Below, piece after piece: positions 55,059 to 64,000 of a DNA stretch of 64,000 bases. Position numbers and translations under genes: made by a program. Each line of letters begins with the position of its first letter. Within the stretch, counting starts at the first letter, position 1. Below the pieces are notes generated by a model. The model searched no databases. It was not told the origin of the DNA and was given only the letters and a program-made list of their open reading frames with translations. The DNA comes from Bacteroidia bacterium (GTDB taxonomy: Bacteria > Bacteroidota > Bacteroidia > NS11-12g > UBA955): NCBI GenBank assembly GCA_038317095.1, contig JBBQBB010000006.1, positions 21,504-85,503 of the forward strand, read 5' to 3'.

Positions 55059-55478
55059 ATGCCATATCCAGAAATGTTAGTCTCTCCAATGAGAGCAGAG
55101 CTTACCAATAACGGTTTTACCGAAATGTTAGACGCCAATGCAGTTGCCAATACCATGGAAAGTGCAAAGGGGACCACCTTGCTTGTAGTAAACAGTGTAT
55201 GCGGTTGTGCAGCAGGTGCTGCCCGCCCAGGAATTCTGAAAAGCCTTAACCACGACAAAAAACCAAGCAATTTGCTTACGGTTTTTGCAGGGCAAGACTT
55301 GGATGCTGTAGCCAAAGCACGTGAATACATGGTGCCATTTCCGCCATCTTCGCCAGCCATAGCCTTATTTAAAGATGGTGAACTAGTGCACATGTTAGAA
55401 CGCCACCTGATAGAAGGCCGCACTGCGGACATGATTGCAGCCAATTTGGCAGCAGCTTACGAAGAGTACTGCGCCTAA
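55059..55478 (+). CDS. BrxA/BrxB-family bacilliredoxin (DUF1094)
   Basis: MPYPEMLVSPMRAELT...LLVVNSVCGCAAGAARP (the CGC redox motif). 139 aa. Confidence 0.85.
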   Translation: MPYPEMLVSPMRAELTNNGFTEMLDANAVANTMESAKGTTLLVVNSVCGCAAGAARPGILKSLNHDKKPSNLLTVFAGQDLDAVAKAREYMVPFPPSSPAIALFKDGELVHMLERHLIEGRTADMIAANLAAAYEEYCA

Positions 55479-55571
55479 AAAATTATTATTTAGGTCTTTC
55501 TGTCAAAATGGTTAGCTCAAAGGCAACCAATGCTTTTTGTTGTTGTCAAAACTAAAAGTTACTTTTGTACT

Positions 55572-58500
55572 ATGCGTCGAAATCACTGGGGGTTGATTGT
55601 CTTCCTATTTGCGAGTTTTGTTGCGGTTTCAGGGCAGGTTCCTGTTAAACTGTATAACGAACAATTGGGTACACTCAAGTTGGTTGTATTTGCGCAAGAA
55701 GCCCAACCTGAGTTTGAGAATTGGAAATCTTTTATGGCTAAATTAGCCGGTTCAAGTAGCAACTCAGATTGGCGTATTTATGCTGAATTGAAAGACGAAT
55801 TGGGTCAAATTCATTATAGAGCCAAACAATATTACAACCAAATACCCTTAGAAAACGGAATGCTGGTAATTCATACATTGAATGCCAAAATCCTTTCCAT
55901 AAATGGGGAAATGATTCCTGAGTCGAAGATTTCTGGAAAATTCATTTTATCCGAGCAGGAGGCTTTGCAAAAAGCATTGGCTTATCTCCCAGCAGAAAAA
56001 TATTATTGGCAAGATTCGGGCTTGAACCAGGTATTGCAAAAAATTACAGGCGTTTTGGACACTTCCTATTTCCCAAAAGGCAAAACTACCTACGTTTCCC
56101 ATGGGTTTGATTTAAGCCAGTCTCAAAAATTGGCCTGGAAATTTAATATACTCGCCATTGCACCCTTGGCAGGCAAAAGCATTTTTGTGGATGCAGAGAC
56201 TGGGGAAATCACTGCTGCGCAAGAGCTGATTTTACATACAGAAGTTACAGGCAGTGCTGTTACCAAATATAGCGGCACCAAAACCATAAAAACGGATTCA
56301 ACCGCACCTGGGAATTATCGATTAAAGGAATCTGCGAGAGGCAACGGCATAGAAACTTTGAATATGAAAAAAGGCATATCTTATGGTGCCTCGGTTGATT
56401 TTACGGATGCAGATAACAATTGGAACAATGTAAATGCCAATAAGGACGAAGTAGCGACAGATGCGCATTGGGGGGCAGAAATGACTTACGATTATTACAA
56501 GTCTGTGCATTCACGAAATAGTTACGATAACAAAGGCGCCAAAATATTTAGTTATATTCATTACGGCAACAATTATAACAATGCCTTTTGGAATGGATCT
56601 TACATGACTTACGGCGACGGCGACGGATCAGTCTTTACCCCATTGACTGGATTGGATGTATGCGGACATGAAATTACCCATGCCGTAACTACCAATAGCG
56701 CGGCATTGGTTTATTCCTACGAAAGTGGGGCACTGAACGAAAGTTTTTCGGATGTATTTGGCAATTCAATAGAACAATGGGCTAGGCCAACCAAATGGAA
56801 TTGGCGTATTGGCGAAGATATAACTCCATCTGGAAATGGAATTCGTAGCATGACCAATCCTAATCTTTTCAGTCACCCTAAATTTTATAAAGGGGTGAGT
56901 TGGTATGCAGGCGCTGGCGATAATGGTGGTGTGCATTACAATAGTGGTGTGCAAAATTACTGGTATTACTTAATTGCCAATGGAGGCAAAGGAACCAATG
57001 AAAAAGGATGGGCATTTAAAATTGATTCTTTGGGTATAGATAAAGCGGGTAAAATCGCATACAGAAATTTAACCGTCTATCTCACTAGCAGTTCACAATA
57101 CGCAGACGCAAGAACCTTCAGCATAATGGCAGCAACCGACCTGTATGGATTGTGTTCTAAAGAAGTTATAGCGGTTACTAACGCATGGTGGGTTTGCGGT
57201 GTGGGAGCCAAGTACGACAGTGCTTATGTAAAGGCGGATTTTAGAGCTGATACCTTAGGCTGTTTTACGAGCAGTAATATCAAATTCACCAACTTGAGTG
57301 ATAATTCTGTGGGTTGTAAATGGTATTTTGGAGATAGTACCAATAGCACTGTTGTCAATCCTACCCATAGTTATAGCAGTTATGGCCAATTCAATATAAA
57401 ATTGGTGGCTACCAGTTGTTTCTTTAATAAAAAGGACAGCATTACCAAAGTTAAATATGTGAGAATTGACAGCACCCCAGACATTTGTAACGCGATTTTG
57501 ATGCCCAAAACTGGCACCGACAGTTCCAACACAAAATGCAAAGGATTTATATATGACGATGGAGGTGAAGGAAATTATGGCGCACTAAAAACGGTCTATT
57601 TAAAAGTAACTGTCCCCGGCGCAGATTCAATTCGGTACCGTTTTTTATTGTTGGATTATGAAAAAGGTTTTGATTCATTGTATCTCTATAAAACAGCCAT
57701 AAACAACCCGAATAAAATTGGAGGATATACCGGAAATGTTTTACCCAACGCAGGTGTGTGGCAATCTGTTTTTACAAATACTTTGTGGTTAAAACAATTT
57801 AGCGATCCATTGCAAGAAGGCAAGGGTTTTAAAATCCAATTTGAAGGGATTCGCAAAGCCATTGCTTTTAATTTGGGCAAAGATACCACCATTTGTTTGG
57901 GAGATTCGTTGGTTTTTAATCCAGCCATAACCGGCGGTTATACCCCAAATTTTGGGTATGGTTGGAATACGGGTTCTACCTTGAAAAAACTGATAGTAAA
58001 ACCTACAACTGCGGCTACCTATATATTACAGGTTAAAGATGTTTGTACTGGTAAATTTAAATTAGATACAATAATTGTGAATGTGCGCGCAGCGCTGAAT
58101 GTGGATTTGGGAAAAGATACTGTAATTTGCGATGGTAGATCCGTGAAATTAAACACCATTTCTACTGGGGGGTTAAATACGTCTTACAATTACAAATGGA
58201 ATAATGGTTTACCTGCTTTGGCAAGTCACACTGTTACGCCCGCAGCTACAACGACATACATGATAGTGCTCAATGATGGATGCACGCCATTGGCTGATAC
58301 AGCTTACAAAAAAGTAACCGTTAAACCTGCGTTAAAGGCAAATGTGGCCAGTACGTCAGCATTGGTTTGCATAGGTAAAGGAATAACATTGACAGCCAAT
58401 GGATCTGGTGGAGACACAACCAAATATGTTTATACTTGGAACAATGGCTTGGGAAACGGAACGTCAAAGTCTCCTACATTAAAAGATACTACTTTGTACA

Positions 58501-60053
58501 AAGTAACACTGACAGATGGCTGTTCTGTAAAATCTTCTTACGATTCGGTTTGGGTTTATACTTATCCGGCCTTGCAGGTTAAAGTTCCCAAGGATACATT
58601 TATTTGTCGTGGTTCTACTATTGGAATAGACGCCAATGCCAATGGCGGCAAAGGCGTTGGTTACACTTTCAAATGGTCTTCGGGTGAAATCGCATTTGGA
58701 ATTTCTAAAGTACCCACAGTTCCAACGTGGTATAAAGTAACATTAAATGATGGTTGTTCCCCGTCTGCACAAGACAGTATTTATGTTGATTTGCTTGCCC
58801 CACTTTCATTAACCAAAGTGAATGACAGCACATTGTGCGACGGGCAGACGATAACATTAAATCTAGTGGGTGCAGGTGGTAAAAATGCAACCCGCGTTTT
58901 AAGTTGGAATCCGGGAACAGTTAGCGGCTATACTCCGGCTTTAAGCCCAGCGCCGGGTGTAACAAATTATACTGTAGTTTTATCAGACGCTTGTACCGTT
59001 AAGAACGATACCACCAAATTCAAAATCACCAAATTGGCGCCTTTAGCTGCAACCATTGCGGTAACACCTCCAATAATTTGTGCTGGCGATTCAATTACCC
59101 TAAAATTGACCTTAACGGGCGGTAAAAAAGCGAACTACGCGGTGCTCGTTGATGGAGCCTCGACGGCTTGGTTAACCTCACGAATTCAACCATTAATTTC
59201 TAAAACCTATAACTTAAATTTGACCGACGGATGTTCCATTCCTGCTTCTTCCAGCGCGGGTTTAACGATTAGCCCCGCCGCCCAAGCCACCTTAAAGGCC
59301 AATCCATTGTTGGTTTGTGCCAATAACCCAATAGATTTCACATACAAAAGCCCAGATGCGGCCATGGTAATGTGGTACTTTTCTACCAAAGACAGTAGCA
59401 ACGGCACTGGTATTGCCTTTCCAAAGTTATTTCCGGGCGCAGGGGCATTTACGGCAAAAGCAAAAGTGACTACTTCGGCGGGTTGTGTTGCAGTTTTCAA
59501 TTTGGTAGATACAATAAAAGCGGTTGCCTATCCTAAGGCATCTTTCACGCCGGCACCAGCGGTAACGAATATTGAAAGTCCTGATATACAATTTAATGAC
59601 GCATCTGTTGGCGCAACCAGTTATTTGTGGGATTTTGGCGACGGATTGCAAAGCAGTTTTGTAGGTGTAACCAATCATACTTATACAGATACGGGTTGGT
59701 TTAATGTGAGACTGCGGGTTAGTATTACCCCAGGCTGTGCAGATTCGACCTCGAAATTGGTAAGGATCAAAGACATTTTTCATGTATTTGTGCCGTCTTC
59801 TTTTTCGCCAGACCAAAATGGAATAAACGATGTGTATTTGCCCAAGGGACGTGCATTCAAAACCTTTCAAATGACTATTTTTAATCGTTGGGGTATGAAA
59901 GTTTTTGAATCCAATGATATGACCAAAGGATGGGATGGAACGGATGGACATGGCAAACTATGGGCTCCAGCCAGTTACGCTGTTTTGGTGGTGATTTTAG
60001 ATACAGAAGAAATTCGGCATGTTGAAAAAGGAACCGTAGTTTTGTTGCGGTGA
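55572..60053 (+). CDS. M4 (thermolysin-like) metallopeptidase with PKD/CUB-like domains, six ~78-aa repeats and a T9SS type-B (CHU_C) C-terminal domain
   Basis: VCGHEITHAV (HExxH) plus GALNESFSDVFG. WYFGDST..HSY and WDFGDG..HTY (PKD). Six GKDT.IC.G.S..L......GG....Y.Y.WN......TV.P...T.Y.V.L.DGC repeats. The C-terminus has VFVPSSFSPDQNGINDVYLPKG..FNRWGMKVFES. I chose the start at MRRNHWGLIVFLFASF. Confidence 0.85.
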   Translation: MRRNHWGLIVFLFASFVAVSGQVPVKLYNEQLGTLKLVVFAQEAQPEFENWKSFMAKLAGSSSNSDWRIYAELKDELGQIHYRAKQYYNQIPLENGMLVIHTLNAKILSINGEMIPESKISGKFILSEQEALQKALAYLPAEKYYWQDSGLNQVLQKITGVLDTSYFPKGKTTYVSHGFDLSQSQKLAWKFNILAIAPLAGKSIFVDAETGEITAAQELILHTEVTGSAVTKYSGTKTIKTDSTAPGNYRLKESARGNGIETLNMKKGISYGASVDFTDADNNWNNVNANKDEVATDAHWGAEMTYDYYKSVHSRNSYDNKGAKIFSYIHYGNNYNNAFWNGSYMTYGDGDGSVFTPLTGLDVCGHEITHAVTTNSAALVYSYESGALNESFSDVFGNSIEQWARPTKWNWRIGEDITPSGNGIRSMTNPNLFSHPKFYKGVSWYAGAGDNGGVHYNSGVQNYWYYLIANGGKGTNEKGWAFKIDSLGIDKAGKIAYRNLTVYLTSSSQYADARTFSIMAATDLYGLCSKEVIAVTNAWWVCGVGAKYDSAYVKADFRADTLGCFTSSNIKFTNLSDNSVGCKWYFGDSTNSTVVNPTHSYSSYGQFNIKLVATSCFFNKKDSITKVKYVRIDSTPDICNAILMPKTGTDSSNTKCKGFIYDDGGEGNYGALKTVYLKVTVPGADSIRYRFLLLDYEKGFDSLYLYKTAINNPNKIGGYTGNVLPNAGVWQSVFTNTLWLKQFSDPLQEGKGFKIQFEGIRKAIAFNLGKDTTICLGDSLVFNPAITGGYTPNFGYGWNTGSTLKKLIVKPTTAATYILQVKDVCTGKFKLDTIIVNVRAALNVDLGKDTVICDGRSVKLNTISTGGLNTSYNYKWNNGLPALASHTVTPAATTTYMIVLNDGCTPLADTAYKKVTVKPALKANVASTSALVCIGKGITLTANGSGGDTTKYVYTWNNGLGNGTSKSPTLKDTTLYKVTLTDGCSVKSSYDSVWVYTYPALQVKVPKDTFICRGSTIGIDANANGGKGVGYTFKWSSGEIAFGISKVPTVPTWYKVTLNDGCSPSAQDSIYVDLLAPLSLTKVNDSTLCDGQTITLNLVGAGGKNATRVLSWNPGTVSGYTPALSPAPGVTNYTVVLSDACTVKNDTTKFKITKLAPLAATIAVTPPIICAGDSITLKLTLTGGKKANYAVLVDGASTAWLTSRIQPLISKTYNLNLTDGCSIPASSSAGLTISPAAQATLKANPLLVCANNPIDFTYKSPDAAMVMWYFSTKDSSNGTGIAFPKLFPGAGAFTAKAKVTTSAGCVAVFNLVDTIKAVAYPKASFTPAPAVTNIESPDIQFNDASVGATSYLWDFGDGLQSSFVGVTNHTYTDTGWFNVRLRVSITPGCADSTSKLVRIKDIFHVFVPSSFSPDQNGINDVYLPKGRAFKTFQMTIFNRWGMKVFESNDMTKGWDGTDGHGKLWAPASYAVLVVILDTEEIRHVEKGTVVLLR
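57870..59290 (+). repeat. six tandem ~234-bp coding repeats (SprB-like Cys-containing Ig-type modules) inside the M4 peptidase gene
   Basis: Seen in translation. Each repeat begins ..(G)KDT.IC.G and ends ..DGC(S/T)....(A/P)(A/P)L. The repeats are diverged at the DNA level. Confidence 0.7.
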
Positions 60054-60853
60054 TAAATACAAATTATTCAGACATTTTAGTTGAAACTGCTGAGGTTTGC
60101 AGAAAGGCAGGTGCCTTTCAATTGCTTCATTTCGGCAAAATAGAATCGGGCCAAATTGAAGACAAAGGCCTGAATCAATTGGTGAGTTTTGTAGATATTG
60201 AAACCGAGAAAATCTTAGTTGCTGAGTTGTCTGTTTTATTTCCTGAGGCTGGTTTTGTTACAGAAGAAAGCACCATTGAACCCAATCGGGATAAAGAATT
60301 TTTATGGATTATTGATCCTTTGGATGGCACAACAAATTTTTTACATGGAATTCCAGCATTCAGTGTATCTGTGGCATTGGTCCAAAACAATATTCCTATT
60401 TTAGGGGTGGTGTATATTCCTGTTTGGAATGAAATGTTTACGGCCGAAAAGGGAAAAGGTGCATTTTTAAACGGAAATGCAATTTCGGTTACCCAAACGG
60501 CAAAGTTGTCACAAACACTGATAGCCACGGGTTTTCCATATTATGAGTTTGATTACATGGAGCCTTATTTGGCTGTATTACGAAACCTAATGAAAAACAC
60601 CCACGGATTGCGCAGAATGGGCTCTGCAGCAATTGATTTGGCCTATACTGCCTGCGGCAAATTCGATGCTTTTTTTGAATTGGGCTTGCATGCCTGGGAT
60701 GTTGCTGCGGGTATTTTACTTGTGAAAGAAGCCGGTGGAAATGTATCTGATTTTAAAGGTCACAATGATTTTTTATTTGGCAAATCTATCATTGCCGGTA
60801 ATAAGGTTGTTTTTTCAGAATTTACAACTGAAATTCGAAAGCACTTTCCTTAA
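60050..60853 (+). CDS. inositol monophosphatase family protein
   Basis: WIIDPLDGTTNF, the GFVTEES metal site and AWDVAAG. GTG start overlaps the upstream stop (GTGA). Confidence 0.9.
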   Translation: MINTNYSDILVETAEVCRKAGAFQLLHFGKIESGQIEDKGLNQLVSFVDIETEKILVAELSVLFPEAGFVTEESTIEPNRDKEFLWIIDPLDGTTNFLHGIPAFSVSVALVQNNIPILGVVYIPVWNEMFTAEKGKGAFLNGNAISVTQTAKLSQTLIATGFPYYEFDYMEPYLAVLRNLMKNTHGLRRMGSAAIDLAYTACGKFDAFFELGLHAWDVAAGILLVKEAGGNVSDFKGHNDFLFGKSIIAGNKVVFSEFTTEIRKHFP

Positions 60854-62172
60854 TGAAAAAATGGATTTCCATATTGGTTTTTTTTGGTGTCTTTGCGCAA
60901 ATTTCGGCTTGTCCATGTTTTGATTGCCCGGATGAAGGAAAGCCAAACTTTAGTAGGGTAATTACTTTAAAAAAATGGGCGCATAAAAACCAGAATACCC
61001 AAACGCTTTTCATATCCATTCCAAGACTTTATTTTAATTCCGTAACCCTTAGATTTCCAAAAGGAATTATAGACAAATCCAAATTTGAATTGCAATTGGG
61101 GCACAAATATTACGACACTACCGATGACTGGGGGTTTGCCCAAATCCGTTACCAAAATATTCTATTAAGCAAAGAGGATCATTTTCAATCCAATGAATTT
61201 GACCAAACCAATTTATATTATGCGGGAAATAATTGTAGTCGACTTTATTTGAATCAATTAGAAGGCGAACTCCCCGATAGTTTTGAAGTGGAAATATTGC
61301 TCATTTATGTGCCACCCTTTGCGGGTAAAATAGAGAAACAAGTTTCTGGCCGAGGCACATGCAATCTTCCACCCATAATTTTGCAATTCACTTGGCGAGC
61401 AGGCTTGCCACCCCCAAAACCTGGGCGCACGGCAACCCCTACCGAGCATTGTATCATTCACCATTCAGCCGATGGAAATGGGAATGCCAATTATACCGAT
61501 TTGGTTCGTGCATACTATACATACCATACCCAGGTTAATGGTTGGGATGACATTGCGTACAATTACCTTATTGCTGCGAATGGAGATGTATACGCAGGGC
61601 GAGATCCGGAAAAGGCGGGAATTAGGCAAGACAATGTTTTAGGGGCGCATTTTTGTGCCAAAAACAACAATACAATGGGCGTGTGTATGATTGGCGATTT
61701 TATGAGTACAGATCCTAGCAATTTGGCCATGCAATCTTTAGAATCATTGCTTGGCTGGAAAATTCATACAGATACGTTGAATCCCTATTTTTCATATCCA
61801 CATCCAACATTATCTGCTGCATTATTGCCAGTAATTGCTGGCCATAGAGATGGTTGCATCACCAATTGCCCCGGAAATTTGTTGTATGCAAAGATTGATG
61901 CTATCCGAAACAATGTTGCAGGGTGCTCAGTATCACAAGCAAAACAAGAACTTAAGGTATATTCAAGAAATGGACAGGTCCGCGTTGAAAACGCTGCCCA
62001 AGGATCTACGTTGCGTATTTATGATTTGAAAGGTGCACTCATACAGGAAATTTTAAATGCCTATTCAGGTATAGAAGAAATAGATATCCCCATGGGAAAA
62101 TTATACATCATTCTAGAATTAATAGAAAATAGACAGGGTAATTCAAAAATATTCTACCATTCCTTTCCTTAA
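60853..62172 (+). CDS. N-acetylmuramoyl-L-alanine amidase (Amidase_2/PGRP domain) with a T9SS type-A C-terminal sorting domain
   Basis: CIIHHSADGNG...GWDDIAYNYLIAANGDVYAGR...GAHFCAKNNNTMGVCMIGDF...IAGHRD...CPG. The C-terminus (LKVYSRNGQVRVENAAQGSTLRIYDLKGALI) is like a Por secretion tail. Confidence 0.8.
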   Translation: MKKWISILVFFGVFAQISACPCFDCPDEGKPNFSRVITLKKWAHKNQNTQTLFISIPRLYFNSVTLRFPKGIIDKSKFELQLGHKYYDTTDDWGFAQIRYQNILLSKEDHFQSNEFDQTNLYYAGNNCSRLYLNQLEGELPDSFEVEILLIYVPPFAGKIEKQVSGRGTCNLPPIILQFTWRAGLPPPKPGRTATPTEHCIIHHSADGNGNANYTDLVRAYYTYHTQVNGWDDIAYNYLIAANGDVYAGRDPEKAGIRQDNVLGAHFCAKNNNTMGVCMIGDFMSTDPSNLAMQSLESLLGWKIHTDTLNPYFSYPHPTLSAALLPVIAGHRDGCITNCPGNLLYAKIDAIRNNVAGCSVSQAKQELKVYSRNGQVRVENAAQGSTLRIYDLKGALIQEILNAYSGIEEIDIPMGKLYIILELIENRQGNSKIFYHSFP

Positions 62173-62204
62173 AGTGCCAATCAGATTTGTTCTAGCCCAT
62201 TTTC

Positions 62205-62891
62205 ATGCGTATTTTGCGGCCGCAAATGTTTTGGTTGTTTCCATTTTTTAAAGGCATTGGCCAAGGGATTGTAATAAGTCTGCTCAGCTTTGGCCCTGCA
62301 TTTTTCACTTTGATACATTCGGGAATCACCGGGGGGAAAAAAACAGGTATGCGTGTGGCTCTTGGTATTTTTTTAAGTGAGCTCACCATTGCCCTCATTT
62401 GTTTCTTCGGGCTTTCACACATTTTTACCTTTCCAGAGTTCCAACTTGTTTTTTCGTTTGTTGGAGCCATTTCTATCATTTATATAGGAGTTAAAGGGTT
62501 CTCTAAAAAATACGAACATTTCTTAGAAAGTATTCAAGTAAAATCAACAGGCTCAGAGTCTCTTTTTAAAGGGTTTTTGATGAATATTATGAATCCATTT
62601 GTGCTTTTTTTATGGGTAGGTTTGCTTGCTGCAGTTTCGGTAAGTTACGATCAAAATGATCTTAACTATAAATTTTCGATTTTGGTGAATTTAATGGCCA
62701 TTTTGTTAACCCTTTTTGCCATGGATATGGGAAAAGTATACCTAAGCGATTATTTGGGAAAAAAAATGAACAACAAGGTCTATTTTTACGTTCAAAAATA
62801 TTTTGGGTTGGTGCTTTTGCTCATTGGCGCATACTTCTTTTATCATTTTTGCGTGCTCGTCATAAAATATTTCAACATTGGGGGCCATTAA
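62205..62891 (+). CDS. LysE-family amino-acid efflux translocator
   Basis: About 6 TM spans. GPAFFTLIHSGITGG and NIMNPFVLFLW resemble LysE/RhtB motifs. Confidence 0.65.
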   Translation: MRILRPQMFWLFPFFKGIGQGIVISLLSFGPAFFTLIHSGITGGKKTGMRVALGIFLSELTIALICFFGLSHIFTFPEFQLVFSFVGAISIIYIGVKGFSKKYEHFLESIQVKSTGSESLFKGFLMNIMNPFVLFLWVGLLAAVSVSYDQNDLNYKFSILVNLMAILLTLFAMDMGKVYLSDYLGKKMNNKVYFYVQKYFGLVLLLIGAYFFYHFCVLVIKYFNIGGH

Positions 62892-63768
62892 TATCAATAT
62901 CATTTTAAACATTGTACTTGGCCTTATCATGTTTGGCCTGGGTTTATCCATTTCTACCAGCGATGTAAAAAACCTTTTTAACCAGCCCCGTGCTTTGGCA
63001 ATCGGGTTGTTTTCCCAAATGGTGCTGTTGCCGGTGATTGCTTGGTTTATTGCAGGCTGGGCACCGGTAAGCAATGAAATAAAAGTTGGGATAATGATTT
63101 TGTCTGTTTGCCCCGGTGGAATTACCAGCAACCTAGTTAGCTATTTTGTAAAGGGAAATGTAGCCTTGGCTATTTCTTTGACCGTTTGCAATGCATTTTT
63201 ATCCTTATTCACCATTCCTATTTTGGTAAATTTATTTTTAGAGCATTTTTTACAATCTGGCCATGCTATTTCATTGCCTTTTTGGCGCACTATGTTCGAT
63301 ATTTTTATTATTACCATTCTACCGGCATCTGTGGGTGTCGCCCTAAATTTTAAATACCATGGAATTGCACATAAAGCAGAAAAATATTTAAATTTCGTAT
63401 TGCCTATTTTGTTGCTTTTGGTTTTTGCATTTAAATTTTTGGTAGGCAGCGATCAAGGTGGCACAGGCATGCTGGCTGTAGAAATTTTAAAATTGGCGCC
63501 TTGGGTCATTGCGTTGAATGTGCTGAGTATGCTATTGGGATTTGTAGCAGGCTATCTTTTTAAACTCAACTTCAAAAACCGAATTACCATATCCGTAGAA
63601 GTAGGGCTTCATAATACTGCATTGGCATTACTGATTGCCGGAGAAAAACTAGCCAACCACACCATGGAAAAACCTGCCCTGGTTTATGCTTTGTTCTCGT
63701 TCTTTATTACTTTTATCATTGCTTGGGTTATGATGAGATTGGCAAAAAAGGAGGCCTTAATTGCGTGA
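62878..63768 (+). CDS. bile acid:sodium symporter (BASS) family transporter
   Basis: LGLSIS..DVKNLFNQPRALAIGLFSQMVLLPVIAW, SVCPGGITSN, EVGLHNTALAL. TTG start overlaps the LysE gene by 14 bp. Confidence 0.85.
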   Translation: MGAININIILNIVLGLIMFGLGLSISTSDVKNLFNQPRALAIGLFSQMVLLPVIAWFIAGWAPVSNEIKVGIMILSVCPGGITSNLVSYFVKGNVALAISLTVCNAFLSLFTIPILVNLFLEHFLQSGHAISLPFWRTMFDIFIITILPASVGVALNFKYHGIAHKAEKYLNFVLPILLLLVFAFKFLVGSDQGGTGMLAVEILKLAPWVIALNVLSMLLGFVAGYLFKLNFKNRITISVEVGLHNTALALLIAGEKLANHTMEKPALVYALFSFFITFIIAWVMMRLAKKEALIA

Positions 63769-64000
63769 ATGAAAATTTATAAAAGGAATTTAATTATAGA
63801 TAAGTTGAAAAAAAGCATTATTATTTTAATCCTAATTTTTTGCTTTCAGGCTGCAGGTTCAATGGCACAAGCTGCAGATAAAGATGCGCATATTTCAAGA
63901 AAGCGCTTATACTTAATTTGGGGGTATAACCGCGATCGTTATACAAGTAGTACGGTGCATTTTATAGACAAAGGCACAGGCGATTATGATTTTAGACTTT
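63769..64000 (+). CDS. hypothetical secreted/outer-membrane protein, N-terminal part; the gene runs off the right edge
   Basis: Not in the ORF track because it is open at the edge. The ATG at 63769 overlaps the upstream TGA (TGAATG). It reads MKIYKRNLIIDKLKKSIIILILIFCFQAAGSMAQAADKD..LYLIWGYNRDRYTSSTVHF, with a signal peptide. Confidence 0.5.
   Translation, partial: MKIYKRNLIIDKLKKSIIILILIFCFQAAGSMAQAADKDAHISRKRLYLIWGYNRDRYTSSTVHFIDKGTGDYDFRL

Noticed and set aside
55043-55444. 133-aa minus-strand ORF
   Set aside because: It is antisense to the bacilliredoxin gene, which has the diagnostic CGC motif and conserved N-terminus.

Overview
AT-rich chromosomal window that looks like Bacteroidota. 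Support: several type-A and type-B T9SS C-terminal sorting domains, a TAnnTTTG-type promoter box, and typical Bacteroidota gene families. I support about 60 protein-coding genes, mostly housekeeping: dxs, prmC, panD, recR, tsaB, efp, queD, speB, mtgA, pdxJ, hutI, a Cys-type formate dehydrogenase alpha subunit, a DEAD-box helicase and a SulP transporter. I found no rRNA, tRNA or CRISPR array. The window is not uniform, and four stretches look accessory or unusual. (1) 27.9-29.5 kb is a gene graveyard: a decayed toxin-antitoxin pair, a chimeric HTH/IS256 transposase remnant, and a cytochrome c gene with an in-frame TAG. It abuts an orphan formate dehydrogenase. (2) 32.51-32.63 kb holds four phased iteron-like palindromic units just upstream of a DUF4143 AAA ATPase. 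(3) 38.8-44.0 kb is an island of six ORFs with mosaic composition and no recognisable function. It surrounds a three-gene cassette of a small ORF, a McrA-type HNH nuclease and a tightly coupled acidic small ORF. This cassette is my best candidate for an undescribed defence or nuclease-immunity module. (4) 6.2-12.6 kb is a tightly overlapping minus-strand operon (panD, two UPF0104 flippase-like proteins, an RfaE domain II-type nucleotidyltransferase, a GT2, a lamin-tail-domain surface protein). It suggests an uncharacterised envelope glycoconjugate pathway. Other points: an AT-hook/histone H1-like K/A-repeat protein, a 63-bp direct repeat at the 5' end of an M14 carboxypeptidase gene, a response-regulator fragment, and a 695-bp unexplained spacer. 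All functional calls come from reading the translated ORFs and motifs by eye. No database search was run.
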